This document shows, in pieces, positions 1 to 12,379 of a DNA stretch of 64,000 bases. The translations under genes and the position numbers were made by a program. The number at the start of each line of letters is the position of its first letter. Within the stretch, counting starts at the first letter, position 1. The notes beneath the pieces were generated by a model, which saw only the letters and a list, made by a program, of their open reading frames with translations, was not told the DNA's origin and ran no database searches. The stretch comes from Balanoglossus misakiensis (taxonomy: Eukaryota; Animalia; Hemichordata): contig CM082597.2 in assembly GCA_040954595.2 (NCBI GenBank), positions 4,531,244-4,595,243 on the forward strand. Reading direction: 5' to 3'.

Positions 1-1289
1 TATTCTAGTCTAAACAGTTGATAAATTACAGCATCGCGATACTGCCGCGACGCGCGTATGGCACAAATTCTGAGGCCACACCCGGTGACGACACAAACTG
101 CTGGGCAACGACGTGTCGGATGCTCAGAGGAATGTGCAAAAACCACGAAAATGCAATTTTTCTTGGTATCCTTTGAAGGTGAAGGAATGCAAGACGGTGC
201 AAATCGCCATAACAGAAGCAATGTCAAGTGTCATTGTTCACTGGGTGACGTCACATATATGGAAATAATGACAGCTTGATTATCGAACGTTTCGACTTCC
301 CAAATGTGCCCAAATCTCAGAATTTTCAGAATTTAATATTCAAGATGCTTTTTCTATGATTTTTATCATTTCCGTCAAAATGCACTGTGACAACCACGCT
401 CGGAAATAGTCATATTATTTGTCTCTTTGGGATGGGTGGGTGTTTCCTCTACAACCCAACAACATCCAGAGTGTTCCCCACCCCTATGAAAATGGTACAA
501 CCGTGGCAGGACGAAAACTATTTACCTGTTGTTTTTAGGTCTGGTTATTGTCACAAAAAAAACTAGGCGTCTGCATTTATTTTGTCTGGCAGACTACATT
601 AATTAGGCCATGGAACACATCACAACACGTTTCGTCTGGCACCTCTGGCGACCTTTCAACACTCCAGATGCAACACGGTCTACTGAATTGAAAATCTGTC
701 GAAATATTGAAAACGGTCGGGTTATTTGATTTCTAGTGGCTCGGGGATTAGTGAAACCGCTGATGTTTTTAAGTCTGTGATCGTTATGAAACGAGAGAAA
801 ATAAGATTGACCGGGATTAGGAGAGATAGTAAACCTGTGTACCGCCAGGATCGAATATTTGCATTCAAATTGAACGGATGTCTTGTGCAGACGACAATAT
901 TTGTCTCGTCATAATTTGTGATCAGTTGGTTTCGCGCCAATTTGGTCACTGTTTTTACTCTGACACGGAATTTTTCACACGTGTACCATACATCCCGAAA
1001 TACTTTCCTCGTCCGTACATGATTGTATACCAGTCTTTCTGATAGTGAGAGAAATGGGCCAGTATTACCCCCAACTGTTGTCTCGAATTGTTTTTTTTTC
1101 AGCACACATGTATATACTATTATTGTTATGACCTAAATTCTGTCCAGACTAAATCATTTATCATCAATATACATTTTTCTGTGACAAGTAGAATAGAACT
1201 TTATTAAATAATATTGAGAAAGTTGTGGCTAATCATACTTAACAATTGCGTTTCCTATTAAAATGTTTCAGAAAACGCCCAGTATCGAT

Positions 1290-2230
1290 TTAGGTCACGA
1301 TTTGTTGTCGGTAGGACGAAACAATGCCTTGTTGGAGAAAACAGCGCCCCTTATACTTGGCACAACAAGTGAACAACTTCCGGAAGACCGGCCGACACTC
1401 TCCCATCTGTACAGGTAGCACATGTGTATTCCCTAACGCAACAAGACCTGCATGCCGATGACTAGCAATAGAATATTTCGTGAATGTCTGCAAAGAAACG
1501 CTTGCAGACGGTCGTTGACGTTGCGGTGACGTCACGAAGGAACCTTTAAAGATCAATTCATTTCCCTGGCGGTTATGATAAAAGGCACACATTTCCTTTC
1601 TCGTCTGGCGCGCGTGTGTCGCCATCTTTTCCAGAGCAGTCTGTCGTCTGAATACAGGAGCGAAATAATTTTAAAATATCGGTTAAGCCGCTACAAGATA
1701 AAGAGAACACACAGACCCTCACGTCAGCCTATTGCTCCAACTTTAATCTACCTTCTTATCAGATGGAAAATTGCAATTTCTTATAATATTGGGTGTCGTT
1801 TGGCGCCTTTTCGTAACCTGGCGACCTTGGCTGCTGATAGCTGAAGCGCGCCAGATGGTCACGTGTTGCAATCCCGTCATGGTAGTCGTAGATGTTGAGG
1901 TTGTCTCCGTGCAAAAGTTTAAATGTGAGCACCCTTAGGCCGAGTTTTGAAATAGCCATATCCCGATTCGTATCTGGTATCAGAAATTTACTTCTGGCGA
2001 CAGACGACCCGACTCTCAGACAAGGCACATGCGCAAGATCGCGAATATATATCATTTAGGTAGTGGTCTTATAAGAAAATAGAATATTGTCATTTTCCTG
2101 ATGTTTATACATGTATATAATGTATAGCTATGATATTAAAGACAAAAATAGAGAGAAAATTGAGTATTTCAATTCTACGCTAATGAACTAGTAGAAAACA
2201 GGACAATAATACAATGATTTCGATCTTGTT
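1290..2230 (-). pseudogene. Putative capsid triplex subunit 2 (UL18/VP23-like) remnant
   Basis: FKLLHGDNLNI (1897-1923, -) resembles the FxLxNGDxVxL motif, followed by DHLAR. It lies immediately downstream of the MCP remnant on the same strand, like UL19-UL18 in herpesviruses. Motif support is weak. Confidence 0.4.
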
Positions 2231-5200
2231 GGGAAGGTCTTACCTCAGGGAGCTGTTTGATCAAGAAGCCAGTAGTTTTCATTTGCTGAAGACGCCATAT
2301 TCTGCTTGTTAACAACAACGATCCTTCTTCATGCCGCGCACATAATCACAAACTGGCGTACCAATTGCCCGCTGCAACACGAAACGAAGGAATCATGATA
2401 AAGGCTGATGTACTTCTGGTTTCAAAATGGACGAACACTTTTTATAGGTCAGAAATGTGTGTCTCTAAGTAAAGCATGAACTACAAGATTTGTCCGCTGA
2501 AATTGGCGCGAAAACTTTGTAGTTTGACACCTGTGGATAATTCGGCGCAAAACCAGCTGTGAAAATGACAGTGGCGGCCATGTTTTTGGTGCAGCCTACA
2601 TGTAGCGTAAATTATGACCCTTCAACACATCTTTGCGCAGCGGCTGGCTTTCACAAAATTTTAGAATGAATAGAAATTAATGACGCTATTATTGCTGTCT
2701 AGGTCGTTAAATAGCCAGGTTTGTAATGAAATATAGACAAACGCTCGTTTATAGCAGCAGCATTTCCTAACTCTGGAATTGGCGAACCATTTAACAGATA
2801 ATCAAACGACAACGTCCTTTCTTGCCGACAACCCGAACAAGACACGTCTGAGAAAAATGCACGAGTCGCGTTCGAAATGCCCTGTCTTCAGGGCGGATGC
2901 ATATTGCTGGTATTGTAACGACATATCAGATATGAAAATGAAATTATATGATACTTTAATACATTTTCCATCTCTATAAAGTCGCGAAAGTGATTTGTAC
3001 ACAGCTGATCGAGTTTCGCTATTAACCAGATCACACGCTTAGACACTTCTAAGTAAAGTTATGAAAATATTCTTTTGGAATAAAGGGCAGATAATAACTT
3101 CCCTTTATTTCGCAATCTCCTTTATCAAATTTGGAAATGTTTTCACAAATTTGTATGAATTATCATCTGGAAATCTCGCGAAAATGATAGCTTTATGATC
3201 AGAAACGATGGACCCGAAACGGGTTTGCGCTGGCAGAAGTGTCTTGAACGATTCGAGAGCGACCGTATCGAATCCTCGACCGCGTCGACATAAAATCGCC
3301 GCTGTTTTCCTAGTCTATCTTGTTTAGTTACAATTCCAAAACATTAATCATTACAGAGGAAATATTCTTAATGACAAACCACATATTGACTGATGCTCCA
3401 TTGACAAGATTACAGTCAAATGTGCAGAATCGTATCAGGCGGTTATAAGTTCTTCGGTTTTGTCAATAACGATCGCACTAAATATTGCTGCGTTCCTCAT
3501 CTCTGACAAGTACAGTTTTCACGTTTTCGTATTCTCCGAAGATATCGGTAATAATACTTGTTTCAGACTATCCTTTTAGTACTTCTGTCATTGTAAATCA
3601 AAACGGTTTTAGCCACAGGTACATGATTGTAGAACAATTAACACGTCCGGGTGACTAGGGTAACGACACGATATTACCGACAAGCGCATTTTCCTTCTGG
3701 AAGGTGAAGTTGCCCTTCTCTTGAATCCACGTCAGACTCATGATTCTGTCTCATGACTGTCTACTCCAGCTAAACACTTTATGCCATTTGAAAAAAATCC
3801 CACCACATTCGCCTTGCCTTCTGATGATTTCTGCTGCATTCGGTGTTTTGTATTAGAATTGCTTGTTGACTACTATCACACTGAGGTTCACTTATCGTTC
3901 ATACTGTATTCCCGCGTACCGACGAGTTGTTTTCGGCGGGAAAGCAACGCGCTGGACAGAACACCAGGCCACGCGCATTAAATGGAGACAGGGGACGAAA
4001 AGTTGGGTGCACAGCCTCAAATCCTACAACAGTCACTAAGAAATAAGAACATTTACTTGTTCACAAAATAAAAACTAATTACAGGCACACTATAGTTGAG
4101 ATGACCACTTTAAGGAAATAGCGGTTATCAAGTATAAATAAATGGAAAAGTGTCCCATTAGATTTAGTTTCACTGCAGTCAAAAAGATAACACTTTGCAT
4201 TTAATTTCGACACAGAGATAAAGTCAGTATCGGTAAGTATTAGCGCGAAATAGGTGATTATTTACATATTAAGGTTTGCTAGCCATCAATTTTTTTGTAG
4301 AATGTAATACCCAGCACGATAGATAGACTGATCTGTCCATTTTTATATTCAAACGACAGACAGTACTTGTTGACTGGTCTGTCGGCAATATGGCGCAGAC
4401 AGCGCACATAACACGGTTACATAGCCGTATATTGACAAGAAAGGTTGCCTTCGTTGCTTGATACCGAGTACATGTGTGTGTTTGAATCATCCTTTCTTGA
4501 AAGAGCACCGAATAGACATCAAATGTTCAACTGAGAATAGCAACATGGAAGACAGAGCAATTACGCGGAGCAACAGTTTTTGTTATACCTCGGTTGTTTG
4601 TTATTACCTCGAGACTGTCGGTTTGTGCCTAAACTTTGGACGGGACGGTCAAACCTGGCTGTCGCCATGACACATGGCATAGTGTAGTCTTGGATGCCAG
4701 CTCTGTCAAAATACAGACCACATTGGTGGTCGAATGAAGGGTGCAAGGAAAGTGATAAGAACCGCAAGATATGACTTGAGAGGGTGACATACCCCGCTAA
4801 CGAACAAAACAACCAGGACGCCGAGAATCGCTTAACAACAACGAAATCTTCTAGCTCGGTCATCGCAGTGTGGTCGACCGTGCTTTAAGAAAAGTGTCAA
4901 CAAATTAACTCTTAAATTAATTGGTCCACGTTTAGTATAGTCGAGCCATATCAGCTGACCGACTGTGCGACTATGGTTTGAAATCCACCTTATTTTAAAT
5001 CTGGATACGATAACCGTATACGTATTTAGTCGGCGTCATATGCTATTCTCGATACAATACACTAGCAACTGTGAAAAGGTCGCGAATAATAATATTTTCC
5101 ATTCCTACAAAAAATAGTACATAATCATGCAGTCGTTATTGAAATCAGTTATTTTTTTAAAAATCAGACACGGCATTCCCGCGTCATTTCTTGTACGAAT

Positions 5201-6407
5201 ATACTCACAAATTGCCTCCTGGCGTACAGAAAATTCGTCCCTAGGCTAACTACGTTCCAAAATATTTCCAAATTTCTCGTCGCCCCACAAAATGTCGACG
5301 GCGCGAGCAAGGCAGGAAGTTTCTAAATTCTAAAGATGTTTCCCGTGATCTTGCTGCGAAAGACGTTTGAAAAACAATCTGCAACGGTCACTTCGCTGTG
5401 CTAGAGGGCGCGATTCCATGTTACAAGTGGAGTCCCCAACGGGGACAACCTGACCGTGCTCCGCGAAGCGCGATAAATATCGGTCAGACAATTATACCAT
5501 CTGTTGATCGTTATAGCGATATTATGCTTTACTATGATATATCATATTATTACTTTAATTATTTATCCTACTTTTGTTTAATTGAAAGAAAAAAAATGTC
5601 TGCGCATTAATCTTTACAAAGGCAGGGAAAGTTGTTTAGGTTTGACCCATACGGAAGATAAACACATGATTGCATATTTTCGTCAAGAAGTATCTAGGCC
5701 TATACCAACCACTGGAAGCAATCCATGCAAATGAAACAATCAGTGCATCCACGTCCCCTATTGAAAATGTAGATTATCTGTCAGTCAAAGTCAAGGCAAA
5801 CCATGGATTATTCTGGAAACATGTCGTGACTATGGTATTCGCACAGTTGATCAATGTCTGTACACCAGAGTTAACAAGTCTCCTCCAACGGATCGCCAGC
5901 TCAATGACACTGAAAATCATTAGAAAAATCACTGAAAATATTAGAACACCACAATATTACAATATCAATTTTGACTTGCATAAAACATTTTCTGTTGACT
6001 TATATGTCATCATCAATCAGCGATGGCCTCCCTACAGGCGCGCGCGTGCTCCCGCACAAAAGACGCAACAAAGAACATCCCGCGAGACATAGCAGACTGC
6101 CGAGATTGGACACGAGACTAGACAGATTGACCTGTTTGGCATTATCAACGAGGACACGGGAGGCGAACCGCTCGAACAATACGCCGCACAGACGCTTCAT
6201 TGTTGCGAAGGACTTCGACCCGACACGCATATAGAATGTTTCTATCTCATAAATACGAAGCTAACATTTCACTGCGTCGACTCCAGCTAGCAGGCGATTC
6301 AAGAGATCTCTCTGAGCTTCGTCCCTAACTCGAATTCTTCAATATCCGGTGGACGTGAATTTCCCTCAACGAATTAACCCGCTCCGCGGTTCTCACGATA
6401 GTGCCAT
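2230..6407 (-). pseudogene. Herpesvirus major capsid protein (UL19/VP5-like) pseudogene
   Basis: ATG at 6407 opens a frame reading ...RIYEIETFYMRVGS (cf. HSV-1 SLYDVEFDALLGS). VDILWGDEKFGNILER at ~5252-5299 (cf. ADLVAIGDRLVFLEALERR). SLHPSFD at 4729-4746 (cf. ELHPAFD), followed by RQSRG at 4606-4617 (cf. FRDARG/FQESRG). Spacing from the ATG (~560 codons to LHP) and the ~4.2 kb length fit a ~1370-aa MCP. Confidence 0.72.
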
Positions 6408-6685
6408 TTTACCGACTACAAAAGTGTATCACATTTGTCGTATTTTCATTTTCTCTCGTCGCCCTGTGTTGTCTGTGATCATGTTTACGTGACGTGTTAG
6501 TTGGGAAACGCCTAGGGGGAAATTCCCATAACAGGGCTACCCGTATACCCGGTATGCCCTGGTCGACTTTGCCACATTCTGGCACCTGTTTGTCTGGAAG
6601 AGAGTAACGATTTTCAAACCCACGTGCTGGAATGAACCGTTATTTGTTTTTGACCCGTGTGAACGACATCAACACATCACAAATC

Positions 6686-6865
6686 AGTGTAGCGATTTTC
6701 ACAAGCCAACTTTCCCGCCAGTGATGCGATTTTTACAAGCCCACTTTCCCGCCACATTTCTATACATTTTGGTACGCGCGCCTATAAAAAGTATCGAAAT
6801 TTGGCGGGAAAGTGGGTTTGTCGATAACACCGCACTATTCGATGCGGCGGGAAAGTTGGCTGAAC
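6686..6865. promoter_or_regulatory. Imperfect palindrome with four ~20-bp boxes (ACAAGCC(A/C)ACTTTCCCGCC; two forward, two reverse) around an AT-rich centre. Candidate viral origin or bidirectional E2F-type promoter.
   Basis: Boxes at ~6701 and ~6736 (+), and ~6801 and ~6846 (-). Arm 6736-6770 pairs with 6786-6821. It sits between the divergent MCP (-) and terminase (+) genes. The box core TTTCCCGCC matches the E2F consensus. Confidence 0.6.
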
Positions 6866-8743
6866 ACTGTTCTCATAAACCTGCCGAAATTAGAACGTGG
6901 TGGGAAAGACCACTGCTTACGAAATACCTCCGTGTTTCAGAAGTAGAATAATTAGGAATCGTAGGAATCATTCGGTCAACAAACCGGAACAACCCCACGG
7001 TTCCGAACAAAATAATACGTCGTTTGCGAGAAACACTGAATTAACAGAAATGAAAGTTATTTTTTTGTAAAAAGAAGGAACAACAATATATTAGACAGGA
7101 TAGTGTTTTGGTCGATGCATTTGTTTTGGTTGAATAGCCAGGAGTTGGTCGAAACTATTAAAAGCAGGTATGATGTCTTGGAACAGGGGCGGTTAAGCTC
7201 TAACCAAAACCCGTCAAAATGTCCCTACCCCCACCCACACATTAGTTTCCACTCACAAACTGAAGGGAGTTGTTTTGGAAATAACAGATATATAACATAC
7301 AAAAGTCAGATATGAAACACAAATAGGTTCATCTTGGTCTGCAGTTTTGTTTTACTCTTGTAGGCGAGGTCGGGAAATAATAAACTCTTCCCAGTACTGA
7401 CGTAACTCAACAAGATGACCTAATCTGTTGTTAGCATCTGCCTCTGATTTTGAAAATTCAGTTGTTCAGGGTTTGAAAAGGAAAGGTCCATCACACAAAA
7501 CCGCGTCAGACGACAACTTTTGATCTACATATAGGCGGGAAACGATAATTCCGTCACTGACCCGTGAAATAGACCATTCAGCCATAAAGACCAGGTCTCA
7601 ATCTCAAGAAATTCGCGTTTCGTGCCGATAAGAAGCTCCCAGGCCCACAGCAGAACGGAGAGTGTCGATATAAATCAGAAATTTTGACAGGAAAAAATAT
7701 AATCGTGTCAGAATTTAATATTTCAAATATGACCATGTTTATGGGCGACCTAAGAGAAGATATGAATGGCGCGGTGTTGTTTGCATTATATGACAGCACA
7801 ATAAATATGGGCTTTTAATTCCAGCAGGTTGAGTCCCGTGAAAGTTTGGATAAATATGACACTCTAATCTCAGCGGTCAAATGTCACATGTATACGAAGA
7901 CAAGTGTCATCGATGTGTGTGGTATCGACCTAGGAAGACACAAAGACAATCTACATACACGAGAAATCATTTGGGGCATTGGGGCATGAACCACGATCTT
8001 TGCCAATCGGACAGTCAAATAATTAGTGTTAATAACTGGCACGCTCCATGTGTCGTTCAGTACATCTGTATCACAAAATGGCGGGAAATAACAGCAGAGA
8101 ACAGCACTTGTTCACATCCGTTCCAAATTTTGTCATTTTATCGACCTTTTCGCAAAATATGGCGAGAAAGTACAGCAGGGAGCAGTTGGTCCTCAAAGAT
8201 GTACATGGCTTATCCGACAAGGTCGTCTCGTATGAAAATGCTCACATTTGTCACAAAATGTCGGGTCACGCGCAGATGGAGCAGACATGCATGGCTGCAA
8301 CGAAGCGCCTGTCACTCATTTTTTTTCTGGAAAATTGAAACGTGCAGAAATTTACAAGAAGGCTGCGAAAGTCATAAACTTATTTCCAAAATACAAAAAT
8401 ACAGTAAACACATTCATTCATGTTTACAGCAGTAAATCTTTAGAATAACCGATATTTAATTGACGTGCATATATACTGGAATATATAAACATACCTGCCC
8501 AGCCGAAACAAAGAACACATTTGATGACAACGAATGCAACGATTGCCTCCTGAAGGCGAGACACTTTTCTTATCTGAATTTACGTCATAAACTAAATGAG
8601 ATTAATCTATAGTCTGTTTTTGACAAGAAAAAGACAAATCGATAGGCAGTATTTGACACGCGCACTTGTGGGGAAAATATGCGAATCGTTGATAGTTGGT
8701 AGGTCTCAACAAAGTGACATATGGCAAAATCATCTACAACCGA

Positions 8744-9042
8744 AAGAAATTTGTTGAGATGTATATGTGTATATAATAATCTTGATTTGGTTGGCGTTCC
8801 CATATATCACCGATACAAAGGCAAGTCCACAACAACTACGTCCTTCTCAGCCACAAGAATCTTTTTTATAGGGCAGGTATGTTTATATATTCCAGTATAT
8901 ATGCACGTCAATTAAGAAATTTGTTGAGATGTATATGTGTATATAATAATCTTGATTTGGTTGGCGTTCCCATATATCACCGATACAAAGGCAAGTCCAC
9001 AACAACTACGTCCTTCTCAGCCACAAGAATCTTTTTTATAGG
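8744..9042 (+). repeat. Exact 129-bp direct duplication (8744-8872, 8914-9042) separated by an inverted copy of 8456-8500
   Basis: Read directly from the sequence. 8871-8915 is the exact reverse complement of 8456-8500. Confidence 0.97.
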
Positions 9043-9249
9043 AAATCCAACAATTGGGCACTTGGCTTCATTCCAAGTTAGCAAGTCATTCATGGAACTC
9101 AATTTCTAGGCCAGGACACACCATGCGACCGACTTTGCAAAATCTGGCAGAATGCCCAAAACCTGGAAAAAGGGAGTTCCGTTTTCAAGTTTGTGCATGG
9201 TTCACTAAGGCGCCCAATTCATTTAGCGCTGTCTGAGCTGAGCAAGAAA

Positions 9250-9677
9250 TACAGCCGAAATTATGAAAGGTCGCCGATTCAATATGTGATCTAGACGTCC
9301 TGTGTGCACTGAACACACGATGTGTTTATCTAACACAAACAACAGAACCTCTCATAAAAGAGATGCGGTATCATTAGACTAATTACAGATGGTAGTCTGG
9401 AAACACGCTCCCCCTCAGAGAGAGTTGTTTACTTGGGTACACTCTCAACATAAAGCGTATACACTTTGAGATTAAACTTTGACATCGTACCCAAGTAAAC
9501 AACTCTCTCTGAGGGGGAGCGTGTTTCCAGACTACCATCTGTAATTAGTCTAATGATACCGCATCTCTTTTATGAGAGGTTCTGTTGTTTGTGTTAGATA
9601 AACACATCGTGTGTTCAGTGCACACAGGACGTCTAGATCACATATTGAATCGGCGACCTTTCATAATTTCGGCTGTA
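9250..9677. repeat. Perfect 191-bp inverted repeat (9250-9440 / 9487-9677) with a 46-bp spacer
   Basis: The arms are exact reverse complements: tacagccgaaattatg...ttgggtac versus gtacccaa...cataatttcggctgta. Confidence 0.97.
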
Positions 9678-11710
9678 GGTCGCGGACGAAACCGAGAGAA
9701 TGGCTGGCATCTCAGGTGGATAGGCTATATAACTCAAGGTACGTAACAGGAAATGAAAACTCTGTCAAGAGTATCGGATTTGGTACACGGGAAAAACTTG
9801 TGGGTTTTGCCACTTAACGGAGAAATACCCGTCAACAATGAACAATCACGCTACTCATAATTAGTGTTGTTATGCTAATGCCTCTTTCAGATATGCCAGG
9901 GACCTGATTGTCGTTCAATACGCAATTCCTGTGTTTTAAAGTACTTTACTACATGCGTTACTCACAGGATGTGCGGTGTTATGGTTAAATATCATCACAC
10001 GACAATTTCAATTGACCTTTAACCCTAGAAAATCTGCTAGAAATGAAGCCATGAATATCTTACAAAAACAATTGCAAACATTTGATATTTGCCAGACATT
10101 GGTTACTAGTTCTTGCTTGCACAAAGCAGAAAGTTCAAACAAATAATACATATCACTCGTCTAAAATAACAATGAATAAAGTATGTCTTATTTCCGTAGA
10201 AGCAAATAACCTATTGTCGGCCGAAGCTGTCTGCAGAAATCACATTTATGGGACTTTTTTTCCAGCAAGATATTTTCCCCTTTACCATGTTCAAACTCGA
10301 ATCAGTGACAACCTGTCACAAACGCAAAGCTGCCACGGAACTATTCACGCCAGAAAAGTTGTTGGCAGACGACGAAATGTGACCCAAAGCCATCGGCGTG
10401 GCGGCCATGATGGAACATTGAAACATTAATTAACACTGCCTTGCATCCATGGATAACCCTACTTGACAATAATAACATTGTCCTTTCTGCGGTTGGGTCT
10501 GAATTCCTGGCCGGATTCTTCTCGTCGAATTAAGCACTTAAGAATAAACGAACACTATCGGCTCGGTATGGATAGCCAGCTCACTTGCTAACAGACATGG
10601 GGGATTATTTTCTCCAGACCATGGCCTCCATTTTGAAGGTTTAATTTACTTGGCCTCGACTCAAAAAGCGTGGACAGGGAGTCTTACAGTGCAACCCGTG
10701 CAGGCAATTCTTTTGAAACGTTCTTCACGCGACAAAGGATTTACTACTAAAGAGGGAAAGTAGCGTGAAACAGTCACGAAAAGAAACACATATTCGTTCT
10801 ATTTTCAGGAGCACTTGTATTATCTGCGCCTGTTAACTTCCTGTCAAAATTGAACTTGTCGATGATCAATAACCATCGGAATAAAAACGGGAGAGTTCTA
10901 GAAACAAGTAATATGCAGATTATTCAAAGGCATTGTCTACTATTGTAGAGCTCTCAAAATTTTAAGTATTTAAGTACAAGATAATATTTTAGTTTAACGT
11001 CAGATTGGTTGCTCATGCAGACTGAAAGTAATCTAGACCACATTTCATTTACTGGCCGAGTTTTAGAATGGCCAGGGGGGAGCTGTGATTTGGCTATTTG
11101 CGCTAAAAAGCTTTTTTTAGGTAAACTCTATAATACAGATATTAAATTTTTCATTCGTAGTATATTGCATGATCCTCACACTGTCGCCACATTTGGGCAT
11201 GCGCAGTGCATACGTCAGGTAATATCTGCTGCGGGCCAAGAAAGGCAACACCAAGGCCATTTCAGACTATCTGACTCGGTTTTCTTGAGGTATGATCCTA
11301 AGTATCAGGCGACTGTAGATTAGGCAAGGGAAGCATTTACCCCTTTTAAAGGGAATGGGTCGTTGCGCCGTGAGGGTGTCCCCCTTGATGAGAACATGTC
11401 CTCCCATACCAGCGCAAACCTCACTGCAGTCGCCACGACCTACTAGGATCTTCAGTTGCTGTCATGCCCAGTCTTACGCTACGGTTGGCTGCTTTGTTCA
11501 TTCTAAGAATTATCTAATTTCAGGGATTTGTGGATTAACTGTAATGTTTATAAACAAACAAACGCGGCCCGACGACACATTCACTTTAAATTTCTCCGCG
11601 AGAATAAGCTTCTCGCACTTCACGGATGTCATTATGACATATGACGTCACTGCATTTGATGTTGCTTCGGGGCTGCGCTTGATCTGGAGTATTACAATCG
11701 CGTTCAACTT

Positions 11711-11880
11711 ATTTGATGGTCACTGTACTTTCCTACATTTCGTTTAATTCCATAATACATATCCCTATTTGACGGTCATTGTACTTTGAATTCCTATATT
11801 TAATACATATCCCTATTTGACGGTCATTGTACTATTCCTATATTCGTTTAACTCTATAAAGACATATCCCTTTTAGACGA
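11711..11880 (+). repeat. Short diverged tandem repeat, about 3 copies of a ~47-58 bp unit (atccctatttgacggtcattgtact)
   Basis: The unit is visibly repeated three times. Confidence 0.8.
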
Positions 11881-12379
11881 TAACAGCTTTACAGGCAAAT
11901 CGGAATACTTATTCCTGGAACCTATAGTTTATTGATAGCGTCACAGCCGATCATTGCACCATTAAGTGACGTCATCGCGAGGTGGTCGAATAAGCCATCA
12001 CGTGGTTGCACCACGTTGGGGCAGGTGTTCAACTTGTTTTAGTCTCATTTTATATGTTACTTCCTAAATGATATTTAACGAGGTTATTTGAATATATTTT
12101 AGATTTAACAGGGTAGGGTCGTTCGTTCGTTATTTCTTTGTTTGTTTGTTTGTTTGTTTGTGTTTTCTCTCTCTCTCTCTTTCTTTCTTTCCAGTGTCCA
12201 AGAGCCGAAGATCGTCTGGAATCCATCACGCATGCTCAGCTTGCATCGAAAGTGGCACTAAATTTTCACTGCTGGGCCAATCCCACTGTCTCTATAACTA
12301 GTGCACCGCGTCACTTCCGGCATATATAAGCGAAACATTTTTACAGACAGATATATTGAAAATGGTTAGATGTGATTAA

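Larger units (their letters stand above)
7850..10880 (+). pseudogene. Herpesvirus DNA-packaging terminase ATPase/nuclease subunit (UL15-like) pseudogene
   Basis: Ordered motifs: GTLH (8038-8049). Walker A region HRYKGKSTTTTSFSATRIFFIGNPTIGHLA (8978-9068) aligns without gaps to HSV-1 PRRHGKTWFLVPLIALSLASFRGIKIGYTA. NTAEIMKGRRFNM (9248-9286; cf. NTNGIRGQDFNL). C-motif LDVLCALNTRCVYLTQT (9291-9341; cf. MGFLNQANCKIIFVSST). Nuclease DLIVVQYAIPVF..TGCAV (9901-9978; cf. DLYVYVDPAF..GTGVAV). ISVEAN (to 10207; cf. VAVEGN). TDMGDYFLQTMASI (~10592-10633; cf. TDPVEYLLEQLNNL). KHIFVLFSGALVL (~10784-10822; cf. DDLMVAVIMAIYL). Confidence 0.88.

Noticed and set aside
9250-9677. Perfect palindrome read as a viral replication origin or MITE
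   Set aside because: The left arm is terminase coding sequence, no target-site duplication was seen, and the arms are too perfect for the element's age.
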